DNA of 64,000 nt from an uncultured Isosphaeraceae bacterium (lineage in GTDB: Bacteria; Planctomycetota; Phycisphaerae; Phycisphaerales; SM1A02): positions 1,858-65,857 of the forward strand of contig CAZTMB010000001.1 in assembly GCA_964614695.1 (NCBI GenBank), given 5' to 3'. A model generated the notes under the pieces. It was not told the DNA's origin and ran no database searches. It saw only the letters and a list, made by a program, of their open reading frames with translations. Shown one piece after another: positions 18,111 through 25,932 of the stretch; position 1 is the first letter of the stretch, and the number at the start of each line of letters is the position of its first letter. A program made the translations under genes and the position numbers.

Positions 18111-18143
18111 GGTGGACCGCGGGCGTCCCGTCCGCCCGCGGTC
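18111..18143. repeat. REP-like GC-rich palindrome: 11-bp perfect stem GACCGCGGGCG / CGCCCGCGGTC with a 7-nt loop
   Basis: Read directly: stem 18115-18125 pairs with 18133-18143. The 20-mer GGTGGACCGCGGGCGTCCCG recurs at 18285. No T-run follows, so it does not look like a classical intrinsic terminator. Confidence 0.7.
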
Positions 18144-18284
18144 GTGGCGCGAACGACGACTGCCGAGTCCGCCGGTGCGCCTCCGCCTCGTTTCGCTCGG
18201 CACCTCCCCGGCCTCGCGACGCTCGGCAGGAGAGAGCGCGAGAGTCCCGCGGTCCGCCGCTGGTCGAGCCGTTCGTCGGTGTCC

Positions 18285-18310
18285 GGTGGACCGCGGGCGT
18301 CCCGCCCGCC
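18285..18310. repeat. second copy of the GGTGGACCGCGGGCGTCCCG motif
   Basis: Exact 20-nt match to 18111-18130. Inverted half-sites CCCGCGGTCC also occur at 18246-18255 and 18351-18360. Confidence 0.7.
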
Positions 18311-18394
18311 CTGCGTCGCTCGAGTCGCTGAACGCCGAGCCGTCGACGGGCCCGCGGTCCGCATCGCTCGCCCGCTCCGCGTACCGTTCCCGCC

Positions 18395-20218
18395 ATGCTG
18401 ACGCTTCTCACGCTCGCCGTCGCGCTCGCGCAGTCGCCGCCGCCTCCTCCTCCATCGGTGCCGATGCCCTCGATGTTCATGGGCGAGATCGCCGCGGGGC
18501 CCGGTTCGCTCTTCGTCTCGTTTCGTGTCGAGGCGCCTGAGGGCGATGCGACGCCGAAGGTCGTCGTGACCATGCCGGCCGCCGGTGCGGTCGGGCAAGC
18601 CGCGCAAGACGTTTCGATCGAAGGCGATCGCCTGGCCTTCACCGTCGCGAGCCTCGGCGTCACCGGGCGCTTCGACGGCACGGTGCGCGACACCAAGTAC
18701 GCCGGCGAACTCGTGCTCTCGGCGCCGCAGCAGCCGGACATGAACGCGACGTTCTCGCTCGCGCAGACCGCCTTTGCGCCCGAGGTCGAGGGCTTCGTCG
18801 CCTATCGCGGGCGCCTGCAGGCCGGCGGAGGCGGCATCGACATGACGATCGTGCTCGCGAAGGAGTCGCCGTTCGGCCCGGTCGCGTCGATCGACATTCC
18901 CGCGCAGGGCGTCGATGGCTGGCCGCTCGTCGTCGACGGGGTCGAGGACGGCGCCTGGCGGCTGCGCCTTCCGGTCGGCATGGCGGGCCCGTCGTTCGAA
19001 CTCGCGGAGGTCGAGGAGGGAATCCGGCTCGAGGGCGTGCTCAAGCAGGCTGGCGCGGTGCTCCCGCTCGCGATGACGCGGCTCGGCTCCTACGACCGCG
19101 CGGGCCTGCGTCGCCCGCAGCATCCGCAGCCGCCGTATCCGTATGTCGTGCGCGATGTCGAGTTCCGACACCCGCACGGTCACCGCCTCTCCGGAACGCT
19201 CACGCTTCCCACGGACGCCAGCGCCGAGTCACCGGTGCCGGGCATCGTGCTCGTCTCGGGCAGCGGTCCGCAGGATCGCGACGAGACCGTCTTCGGCCAC
19301 AAGCCGTTCTTCGTGCTCGCCGATGCGCTCACCCGCGGCGGAGTCGCGGTGCTTCGCTACGACGATCGCGGCGTCGGCGGATCGGGGGGCGACTTCGCGA
19401 GCGCGACCACCTACGAGTTCGCGACCGACGCCGACGCGGCGACGGAGTATCTGAAGGCGCTTCCCGAGGTCGATGCCGCGAAGGTCGGACTGCTCGGCCA
19501 CAGCGAAGGCGGGCTCGTCGTGCCGATCGTCGCGAAGTGGCAGCGGGAGCAGGGGGATCCCGAAACGATGCTCGCCTTCGGGGTGCTGCTTGCGGGTCCG
19601 GGCGTGCCGGGCGACGCGATCCTGCGCGTGCAGATGCGGCGTCTGCTCGAAGCGTCGGGCGCCTCCGAGGAGGACCTCGCGCCGGTGCTCGAGAGCCAGG
19701 CTCGCCTGATCGATGCCGCGAAGGCGAACGACCTCGCCGAGATGCAGCAGGCCGCGCGGGATCTCGCGGCCGCGCAGACCTCGATCGCCGCGGAGGGTGC
19801 GATCGACGAGGAAGTGCTCCTCGCGAGCGCCGAGGCGATGGTCGCGCAGATGCAGTCGCCCTGGATGCAGACGTTCCTCTCGCTCGACCCGCGTCCGCTG
19901 CTCGTCGAGATGCGGATCCCCACGCTTGCGCTGATCGGCACGCTCGATCGCCAGGTCGATGCCGATCAGAACCTTCCCGTCATCGAGGCGGCGCTGCGAT
20001 TGGGCGGCGCGCCGTTCCGAGCGCGGCGACTCGATGGCTTGAACCATCTCTTCCAGCCTGCGACGACCGGAGCGATCGACGAGTACGGCTCGATCGAGAC
20101 CACCTTCGATCCCGCCGCGCTCGCGGAGATCGTCGCGTGGGTCCGGGCGACGACGGGGCTCGAGCAAGGCGGCGCCGCCGCGAGCCCGGCTTCGCCTGCC
20201 GCGGAGGCGGCGCCATGA
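18395..20218 (+). CDS. secreted alpha/beta-hydrolase fold protein with an N-terminal extra domain
   Basis: Signal-like N-terminus 'MLTLLTLAVALAQS', nucleophile elbow 'LLGHSEGG', and a C-terminal 'GLNHLF' His region. Confidence 0.75.
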   Translation: MLTLLTLAVALAQSPPPPPPSVPMPSMFMGEIAAGPGSLFVSFRVEAPEGDATPKVVVTMPAAGAVGQAAQDVSIEGDRLAFTVASLGVTGRFDGTVRDTKYAGELVLSAPQQPDMNATFSLAQTAFAPEVEGFVAYRGRLQAGGGGIDMTIVLAKESPFGPVASIDIPAQGVDGWPLVVDGVEDGAWRLRLPVGMAGPSFELAEVEEGIRLEGVLKQAGAVLPLAMTRLGSYDRAGLRRPQHPQPPYPYVVRDVEFRHPHGHRLSGTLTLPTDASAESPVPGIVLVSGSGPQDRDETVFGHKPFFVLADALTRGGVAVLRYDDRGVGGSGGDFASATTYEFATDADAATEYLKALPEVDAAKVGLLGHSEGGLVVPIVAKWQREQGDPETMLAFGVLLAGPGVPGDAILRVQMRRLLEASGASEEDLAPVLESQARLIDAAKANDLAEMQQAARDLAAAQTSIAAEGAIDEEVLLASAEAMVAQMQSPWMQTFLSLDPRPLLVEMRIPTLALIGTLDRQVDADQNLPVIEAALRLGGAPFRARRLDGLNHLFQPATTGAIDEYGSIETTFDPAALAEIVAWVRATTGLEQGGAAASPASPAAEAAP

Positions 20219-20871
20219 GCTTCGGCCTCATGCGAGGACGCGATCCCAACGTCGAGGGCGTCGGCCTCGATCGCGACGACCTTCCTCCCTTCGAGTCGGG
20301 CCGCTTCGATCCGCGGTCGTTCTTCGCGCATCCGGATCGGCCCTTCGAGATCGAGATCGGCTCCGGCAAGGGCACCTTCCTGCTCGCCGAGGCGTCGGCG
20401 AATCCCGGGGCCAACTACTTCGGCATCGAGCATGCTGGAGAGTTCTGGCGCTACGCCGCCGATCGCCTTCGTCGCCACGGCCTCGCGAACGTGAAGGTCC
20501 TGTGGGGCGACGCGGTCGAGTTCATCCAACACCGCCTTCCGGACGGGGTCGTTCGCACGATCCACCTCTACTTCTCCGACCCGTGGCCGAAGTCGCGCCA
20601 CCACAAGCGTCGCGTCCTGCAGGACCGCAGCCTTGCGGAGTTCCATCGGGTGCTCGTCGCCGACGGCGAACTTCGGCTCGTCACCGATCACGCGGAGCTG
20701 TGGGCGTGGTACGAGGAGCACGCGGCGCGCCACGCGGCGCAGTGGGAGCGGCAGGAGTTCTCGCGCCCGGCGCACGCGAGCGAAGGTGAACTGGTCGGAA
20801 CGAACTTCGAGCGGAAGTTCCGCGTCGAGGGCCGATCATTCCACGCGATGACCCTTCGGCGCCGCGGGTAG
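20215..20871 (+). CDS. trmB: tRNA (guanine-N7)-methyltransferase
   Basis: 'EIEIGSGKGTFLL', 'NYFGIE' and 'HLYFSDPWPKSRHHKRR'. The ATG overlaps the upstream stop (ATGA at 20215-20218). Confidence 0.9.
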   Translation: MSFGLMRGRDPNVEGVGLDRDDLPPFESGRFDPRSFFAHPDRPFEIEIGSGKGTFLLAEASANPGANYFGIEHAGEFWRYAADRLRRHGLANVKVLWGDAVEFIQHRLPDGVVRTIHLYFSDPWPKSRHHKRRVLQDRSLAEFHRVLVADGELRLVTDHAELWAWYEEHAARHAAQWERQEFSRPAHASEGELVGTNFERKFRVEGRSFHAMTLRRRG

Positions 20872-20924
20872 ATCCACCTGCGAAGCACCGCCGTGATTCA
20901 CCACGCCGAGGTTCGGAACCAGCT

Positions 20925-21009
20925 GCAGCGCTTCGCGGTTCGGATTCCATCCCGTCCATCACGACCACGTGGCCGCCGGTCAAGCGAAACGAGCGACCAG
21001 CGCGTGACG
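20925..21009. repeat. intergenic ~85-nt repeat element, diverged copy (B1)
   Basis: Starts GCAGCGCTTC, contains GTCCATCACG, ends GCGTGACG. Same block order as copies 21065..21148 and 13683..13770. Confidence 0.6.
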
Positions 21010-21064
21010 AGGACCGCGCCCGCAGCACGAGCGCGGGTTACCACGACCCATTTGCGCATCAGGC

Positions 21065-21148
21065 GCAGCGCTTCGCCCTCCGGGTCCATCACGTCCATCG
21101 AGTCCAAGTGACCGCCCGCCGAGCGAAGCGGGCACTCGCCGCGTGATG
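21065..21148. repeat. intergenic ~85-nt repeat element (B2)
   Basis: Shares blocks GCAGCGCTTC, CGGGTCCATCAC, CATCGAGTCCA, CCCGCCGAGCGA and GCCGCGTGATG with the copy at 13683..13770. CATCACG...CGTGATG flanks can pair. Confidence 0.7.
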
Positions 21149-21150
21149 CG

Positions 21151-21351
21151 TCACTCCGCCGCCGGCATCTCCTGGCCCTGCTCGCCCGGGGCGAGCGACT
21201 CGTCCACGCTCATCACGTAGGCGACGAGCGCCACGAGCATGAGGATCACCCCGACGATCACGATCAGCGGCTTTCGCGAACCCGACGCCGGCGCTCCGTT
21301 GCCATGGCTCTGGTGGTGGGGGTGATCGCGGTCGTGCTGATGCGTGCTCAT
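21151..21351 (-). CDS. small His-rich single-pass membrane protein
   Basis: 'MSTHQHDRDHPHHQSHGNG' (7 His in the first 16 residues) followed by TM 'LIVIVGVILMLVALVAYVM'. High third-position GC. Confidence 0.5.
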   Translation of the reverse strand: MSTHQHDRDHPHHQSHGNGAPASGSRKPLIVIVGVILMLVALVAYVMSVDESLAPGEQGQEMPAAE

Positions 21352-21506
21352 GGGGTTCCTCGCAGGGCCGAAGAGCGGATGCTAACAGCGGGCGTGCGGG
21401 GGCTTCGTTCGCCGCGCGAACTCGCCGGCGACGGTGCGGCCTCGCTCGCCGCGACGAGACGCCTCCCCGGCGTCTCCGGGTGCGGCAGCGCCCGACCTCC
21501 GATCGC

Positions 21507-21827
21507 TCACGCCTCGGGCGTCGCCGCCTCGGGCCGTCGCCAACCCGAGTCGGGATCCTTCTCGAGGGCTCTCGCGGCGAGCTTGATGCACCGCAGGCAG
21601 AGGAACGCTTCCGAATCGATCGGGCTCGCCCACGACGCGTCGCTCCGCTCCTCGAGGCACATCCGGCACTTGAACGCGCCCTGACCGTCGTCGACTCCGC
21701 CGTGCACCACCGCGGCGTAGGCGGTCGAGAGGCATCGCCCGCAGACGCAGGAGCCGTGGTGCCCCTCGATCATCGGGATCGTCTCGGTCCACTCGCGGTG
21801 GCAGTAGTCGCAGAGGACGTCGGTCAT
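21507..21827 (-). CDS. Cys-rich zinc-ribbon protein (two ClpX-type C4-like units)
   Basis: 'CDYCH...CVCGRC' and 'CRMCL...CLRCIKLAARAL'. Internal ATG of the otherwise antisense track ORF 21507..23363. Confidence 0.55.
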   Translation of the reverse strand: MTDVLCDYCHREWTETIPMIEGHHGSCVCGRCLSTAYAAVVHGGVDDGQGAFKCRMCLEERSDASWASPIDSEAFLCLRCIKLAARALEKDPDSGWRRPEAATPEA

Positions 21828-21956
21828 CTGCACGTCGAGCGGATCGGTGCCTGGCTTGTGCACGGGTGATCGGGTCCTTGGGAGGGGCGGCGGGTACGGA
21901 ATGGTCGGCGATCGCGCGAGCCGTATGCTACGAGCCGCCTCGACCGGAGCCCGAGC

Positions 21957-23522
21957 ATGAACCGAGGGCTCTCCCTCGCGAACAAGTGCCAGCTGATCTT
22001 CTCGGTGGCGGTGCTCGTGATCCTCGCCGCGGCGCTGAGCGTCCCGTGGGTCCGCACCCAGCGGCTCGTTCGCGAGAACCAGCTCGAGGTCTCGCGGCAA
22101 CTCGCCGAGACCTGGCTCGAGAACGGCTTCACGCTCGGCCGCTCCGAGGGACTTGCGATCCCGATGCGGGTGATCGAACTCGACACCCCGCCGGAGAATC
22201 TCGAGCAGGACGCCTTCCTGGCCGCAAGTCTCCGCAACTTCGAGCGCGAGCCCGAACTCGAGGACGCCTTCCAGGAGGCCGTCGTCGAGGGCCGCACCGT
22301 CTACCGCTACGTCCGGGCGATCCGGCAGAGCGATCGCTCCCGCCTGCAGGACGTCGATCTGCTCGAGTTCTCGCCACGGGTCGAGACTCCGTCGGTGGTC
22401 GACCCGCTGCGGGGACTTCTGGTCATCGACCGCACCAGCCCCGCCGCGGCGGGTCAGCTGCTCCGCAACCGGATCTGGATCGTGACGAGCGGCCTCGGCG
22501 CCGGCCTGCTCGCGATCCTCGTCTTCCACGTGATCCTCACGAAGCTCATCCTCTCGCCGGTCCGCCAACTGCGGGAGACGATCGACCGCGTGAAGCGCGG
22601 CGACCTCTCGGCCCGCTCGACGGTGCGGACCGGCGACGACTTCGAGGACCTCGCCACCGGCCTCGACGCGATGCTCGACCAGGTCGAGTCGAGCCGCGAG
22701 CGGCTCGAGGCGATGAACGAGTCTCTCGACCTCAAGGTGGGCGAACTGTCCGAGGCGAACGTCGGCCTCTACGAGTCGAACCGGCTCAAGAGCGAGTTCC
22801 TCGCGAACGTCAGCCACGAACTCAAGACGCCGCTCAACTCGATCATCGGCTTCGCGGAGCTGCTCGGAGAGCTCGCCCGCAGCGATCCGCAGGCCGATCC
22901 CAAGCGCTTCCGCTACCTCGGGAACATCCTCACGAGCGGCCGCCGCCTGCTCGAGATGATCAGCGAGCTGCTCGAGATGGCGAAGATCGAGGCGGGCCGC
23001 GTCGAGCTCTCGATCGAACCGACGAGCGTGGCCGATCTCGTCGAGGGCCTCGAGGGGATCATGCGTCCGCAGGCCGACGCGAAGGGCATCCGGATCGAGA
23101 GTCGCGTGTCGGCGGAGCTGCCGCCGGTCGAGACCGATCCCGGAAAGCTGCAGCAGATCCTCTTCAACTTCCTCTCCAACGCCGTGAAGTTCTCGCCCGA
23201 AGGCGCGGCGGTCCATCTCGCCGCGGAGCGCTTCACGCGGCCCGACCGCAGCGCGGGCGTGCGGATCTCGGTGCGCGACGAGGGACCGGGCATTCCCTAC
23301 GACATGCAGGACCGCATCTTCGAGAAGTTCCGGCAGGTCGACGCGAGCCACACCCGCACCCACGGCGGCACGGGGCTTGGCCTCGCGATCTGCCGGGAAC
23401 TCGCGGTGAGGCTCGGGGCGACGGTCTCGCTCGTCTCGGAGCCGGGCAAGGGCGCGACCTTCTCGGTCGAACTGCCGCTCGCGTTCGCCGGCGCGACGCC
23501 CGAACCGCTCATGCCGTCGTGA
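21957..23522 (+). CDS. sensor histidine kinase (2 TM, HAMP, HisKA, HATPase_c)
   Basis: HAMP 'LSPVRQLRETIDRVKRGDLSAR', H-box 'FLANVSHELKTPLNSIIGFAELL', N-box 'LFNFLSNAVKF' and G-box 'GGTGLGLAICRELA'. No response regulator nearby. Confidence 0.9.
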   Translation: MNRGLSLANKCQLIFSVAVLVILAAALSVPWVRTQRLVRENQLEVSRQLAETWLENGFTLGRSEGLAIPMRVIELDTPPENLEQDAFLAASLRNFEREPELEDAFQEAVVEGRTVYRYVRAIRQSDRSRLQDVDLLEFSPRVETPSVVDPLRGLLVIDRTSPAAAGQLLRNRIWIVTSGLGAGLLAILVFHVILTKLILSPVRQLRETIDRVKRGDLSARSTVRTGDDFEDLATGLDAMLDQVESSRERLEAMNESLDLKVGELSEANVGLYESNRLKSEFLANVSHELKTPLNSIIGFAELLGELARSDPQADPKRFRYLGNILTSGRRLLEMISELLEMAKIEAGRVELSIEPTSVADLVEGLEGIMRPQADAKGIRIESRVSAELPPVETDPGKLQQILFNFLSNAVKFSPEGAAVHLAAERFTRPDRSAGVRISVRDEGPGIPYDMQDRIFEKFRQVDASHTRTHGGTGLGLAICRELAVRLGATVSLVSEPGKGATFSVELPLAFAGATPEPLMPS

Positions 23523-23582
23523 CGCGGCCGCTCATCGCCGACGTCCGACGAAGGTCGCGTAGCGGCAAGCGCCGCCGTCCGT

Positions 23583-23873
23583 TCAGAGGCTTTCGGAGAT
23601 CAGGCGGTCCGCGTCGGGCACGCGGCGGCGGGCCCAACTCGCGTCGAGCCGTTCGGCGAGCGGCGCGAACTCGGGCCGGCTCGCGAGAAAGCGTGCGACC
23701 GCGAGCGCCACGCGCTCCGGAGGCGCCTCGCCGCCGGGAGCGAGCAGGTCGTAGTCGGGCCACGCGAGCCGCAATCGATGATCGCGGATCCCCTCGGGAC
23801 TCTCGCGTCGCACCAGGAAGATCCAGCAGCCAGGCTGCTCCTCCTGCGAGACGATCTCGAACGCGTCGGCCAT
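23583..23873 (-). CDS. hypothetical 96-aa protein
   Basis: Internal ATG (MADAFEIVSQEEQPGCWIFLV) of track ORF 23583..24311. Balanced amino-acid composition and high third-position GC. No recognisable family. Confidence 0.4.
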   Translation of the reverse strand: MADAFEIVSQEEQPGCWIFLVRRESPEGIRDHRLRLAWPDYDLLAPGGEAPPERVALAVARFLASRPEFAPLAERLDASWARRRVPDADRLISESL

Positions 23874-24078
23874 GGCGGGGTCGAGAGTAGCATGCGTCTC
23901 CTCGCCCTCGAGCCGACGCACGGCGGACGCCGATGGCGGCTGCAACCGCTCGCAGCGACGGGCGAACCCCCTCGCTCGCGTCACGATCCTCCGACGTGCC
24001 TCGCCTCGTCGCCGACCGAACCTCCCGCGCCTTTCCGGCATCTCGATCCGCGCTCCGCGCCCGCCGACCTCTCTGCCA

Positions 24079-25407
24079 ATGTCCTTCCTGATCGAGACGC
24101 TGCGTCTCGGCCTCAACAACCTCCGGCTCCACAAGCTCCGTTCGGTGCTGACGAGCCTCGGCATCATCCTCGGCGTCGCCGCGGTGATCGTGGTGGTCGC
24201 GATCGGAGAAGGGAACAAGCGATCCGCGCTGCGGGACATCGAGTCGCTTGGTGCGACCAACATCATCGTCCGATCGTCGAAGCCGCCGGCGACCGGCAGC
24301 GTGTCGACCATGCAGTCGTTCCTGGTGAACTACGGGCTCAAGTACCAGGACCAGCGGCGTCTCGAGCGGTGGATCGGCGACGCGAAGCAGGTGGTGCCGC
24401 TCAAGAGCGTGGGGTCGGAGATCCGCCGCGGGGCCTCCCGCACCGTGAGCCAGGCCTTTGGAACGGTGCCGGAGCTCGAGCGGGCGGCGAACCTGCGGGT
24501 CAAGTCTCGCGGCCGCTACCTGAGCCCGGAGGACCTCTCGAGTTCGGCCCCGGTCGCGGTGATCGGCTCCGCGATCGCCGAACAGTTCTTCCCGCTGGAG
24601 GACCCCCTCGGCCAGGACCTTCGCATCGACGACGCGATCTTCCGCGTGGTCGGCGTGCTCGATCCGATCGGCTTCGCGGGCGGCGCGGGCTCGGCGCTCG
24701 TCAACCGCGACCTCAACAAGGACATCCACATCCCCTTGTCGACCGCGCAGCAGCGCTTCGGGGACGTGGTCGTGCGGCGGGAGAGCGGTTCGTTCTCGGG
24801 CGAGGAGGTCGAGCTCTACGAGATCTACCTCTCGGCGCCCGACACCGACAGCGTGCTGTCGATGGCCGAGCGAGTCGAGCAGATCGTGGCGACCGGCCAC
24901 CCGGGCATGACCGACGTCCAGCTCATCGTGCCATGGGAACTGCTCGAGAACGCGAAGAAGGCGCTGCTCGTCTGGAACATCATGCTCGTGGCGATCGCGG
25001 CGATCAGCCTGCTCGTCGGCGGCATCGGCATCATGAACATCATGCTCGCTTCGATCACCGAACGCACTCGGGAGATCGGCATCCGACGAGCGCTCGGGGC
25101 GACGCGGCACCACATCGTGAGCCAGTTCCTCGTCGAGACCGGCACGCTGTCGACCGTGGGCGGCCTCATCGGCATCGGGGCAGGCATCGGCGTGGCGCTC
25201 GGGCTTCGCACGATCGTGCCGTGGCTCATGAAACTGCCGATCTTCCAAGGCATCGCCGACGGCAACTTCCGCCTCGAGCCGCAGATCACGGTGTGGTCGA
25301 TCGCGGTCAGCTTCGTGGTGGCGGCCGGAGTGGGCCTGATCTTCGGGATCTACCCCGCGGTGGTCGCCAGCCGCAAGGATCCGATCGAGGCGCTGCGTCA
25401 CGACTGA
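24079..25407 (+). CDS. FtsX/MacB-type ABC transporter permease (no ATPase partner nearby)
   Basis: 'LGLNNLRLHKLRSVLTSLGIILGVAAV' N-terminal TM, a periplasmic MacB_PCD-like region, and C-terminal 'ERTREIGIRRALGATRHHIVSQFLVE' FtsX motif. Confidence 0.85.
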   Translation: MSFLIETLRLGLNNLRLHKLRSVLTSLGIILGVAAVIVVVAIGEGNKRSALRDIESLGATNIIVRSSKPPATGSVSTMQSFLVNYGLKYQDQRRLERWIGDAKQVVPLKSVGSEIRRGASRTVSQAFGTVPELERAANLRVKSRGRYLSPEDLSSSAPVAVIGSAIAEQFFPLEDPLGQDLRIDDAIFRVVGVLDPIGFAGGAGSALVNRDLNKDIHIPLSTAQQRFGDVVVRRESGSFSGEEVELYEIYLSAPDTDSVLSMAERVEQIVATGHPGMTDVQLIVPWELLENAKKALLVWNIMLVAIAAISLLVGGIGIMNIMLASITERTREIGIRRALGATRHHIVSQFLVETGTLSTVGGLIGIGAGIGVALGLRTIVPWLMKLPIFQGIADGNFRLEPQITVWSIAVSFVVAAGVGLIFGIYPAVVASRKDPIEALRHD

Positions 25408-25452
25408 GCTGGGGTGGCGTTCGCCCGGTCGACCGCGGGCGTCTCGCACGCC

Positions 25453-25932
25453 TCAGGACCGGCGGACCCATCTCGATCGAAGCCAGAGCAGCCCCGCGGC
25501 CGGGATCCACGCAAGCATCCACGGAAGACGCTTGCGCCACGGCGGCGGCTCGCCCGCGATCGGCACGTTCGCCTCGAGCCTGCCCGCATCGCTCTCGACG
25601 ACGAGACGCCACTCGCCTTCGCTCGGCACCTCGAACTCGATGAACGCCGCCAACGGGTCGATCGCAGACGGTGCGGAGACGCCGCCGAGCACGACGCCGT
25701 CGCGCTCGAGCCGGATGCGCGGCGGACGCGCACGCCACGACTCCGCGATCGCCTCGATCGAGACGAGTCCCACCCGCGGCGGAACCGGCGCGACGAAGAC
25801 CGCGGCGGGCGAGCCGTCGTCGAGGCTGCCGCGGGCGACGAGCGCGCCGCCATCGGCGAAGGCCCCCGAGTCGGCGAGCGTCGCGGCGAGCAGTCCGGTC
25901 GCGAGCACTTGCGGGAGGCGTCGTCGCGTCAT
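25453..25932 (-). CDS. FixH/YtkA-like secreted, C-terminally anchored protein (putative)
   Basis: Signal-like 'RRRLPQVLATGLLAATLADSGAFA', beta-rich body 'FEVPSEGEWRLVVESDAG' and C-terminal TM 'LPWMLAWIPAAGLLWL'. The ATG overlaps the stop of the upstream FixG-like fusion (ATGA at 25929-25932). Confidence 0.5.
   Translation of the reverse strand: MTRRRLPQVLATGLLAATLADSGAFADGGALVARGSLDDGSPAAVFVAPVPPRVGLVSIEAIAESWRARPPRIRLERDGVVLGGVSAPSAIDPLAAFIEFEVPSEGEWRLVVESDAGRLEANVPIAGEPPPWRKRLPWMLAWIPAAGLLWLRSRWVRRS

Noticed and set aside
18068-18394. CRISPR array
   Set aside because: The repeats are short, occur in both orientations, are irregularly spaced and are partly palindromic. There is no repeat-spacer periodicity and there are no cas genes in the window.
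20898-21107. Possible conserved small peptide gene ('MDSMDVMDPEGEALR...', similar to 'MDVMDSMVVMDPGS' at the 5' end of track ORF 12983..13729)
   Set aside because: The similarity follows the DNA repeat element and persists across a 5-nt indel that shifts the reading frame. Conservation is therefore at nucleotide level, not protein level.
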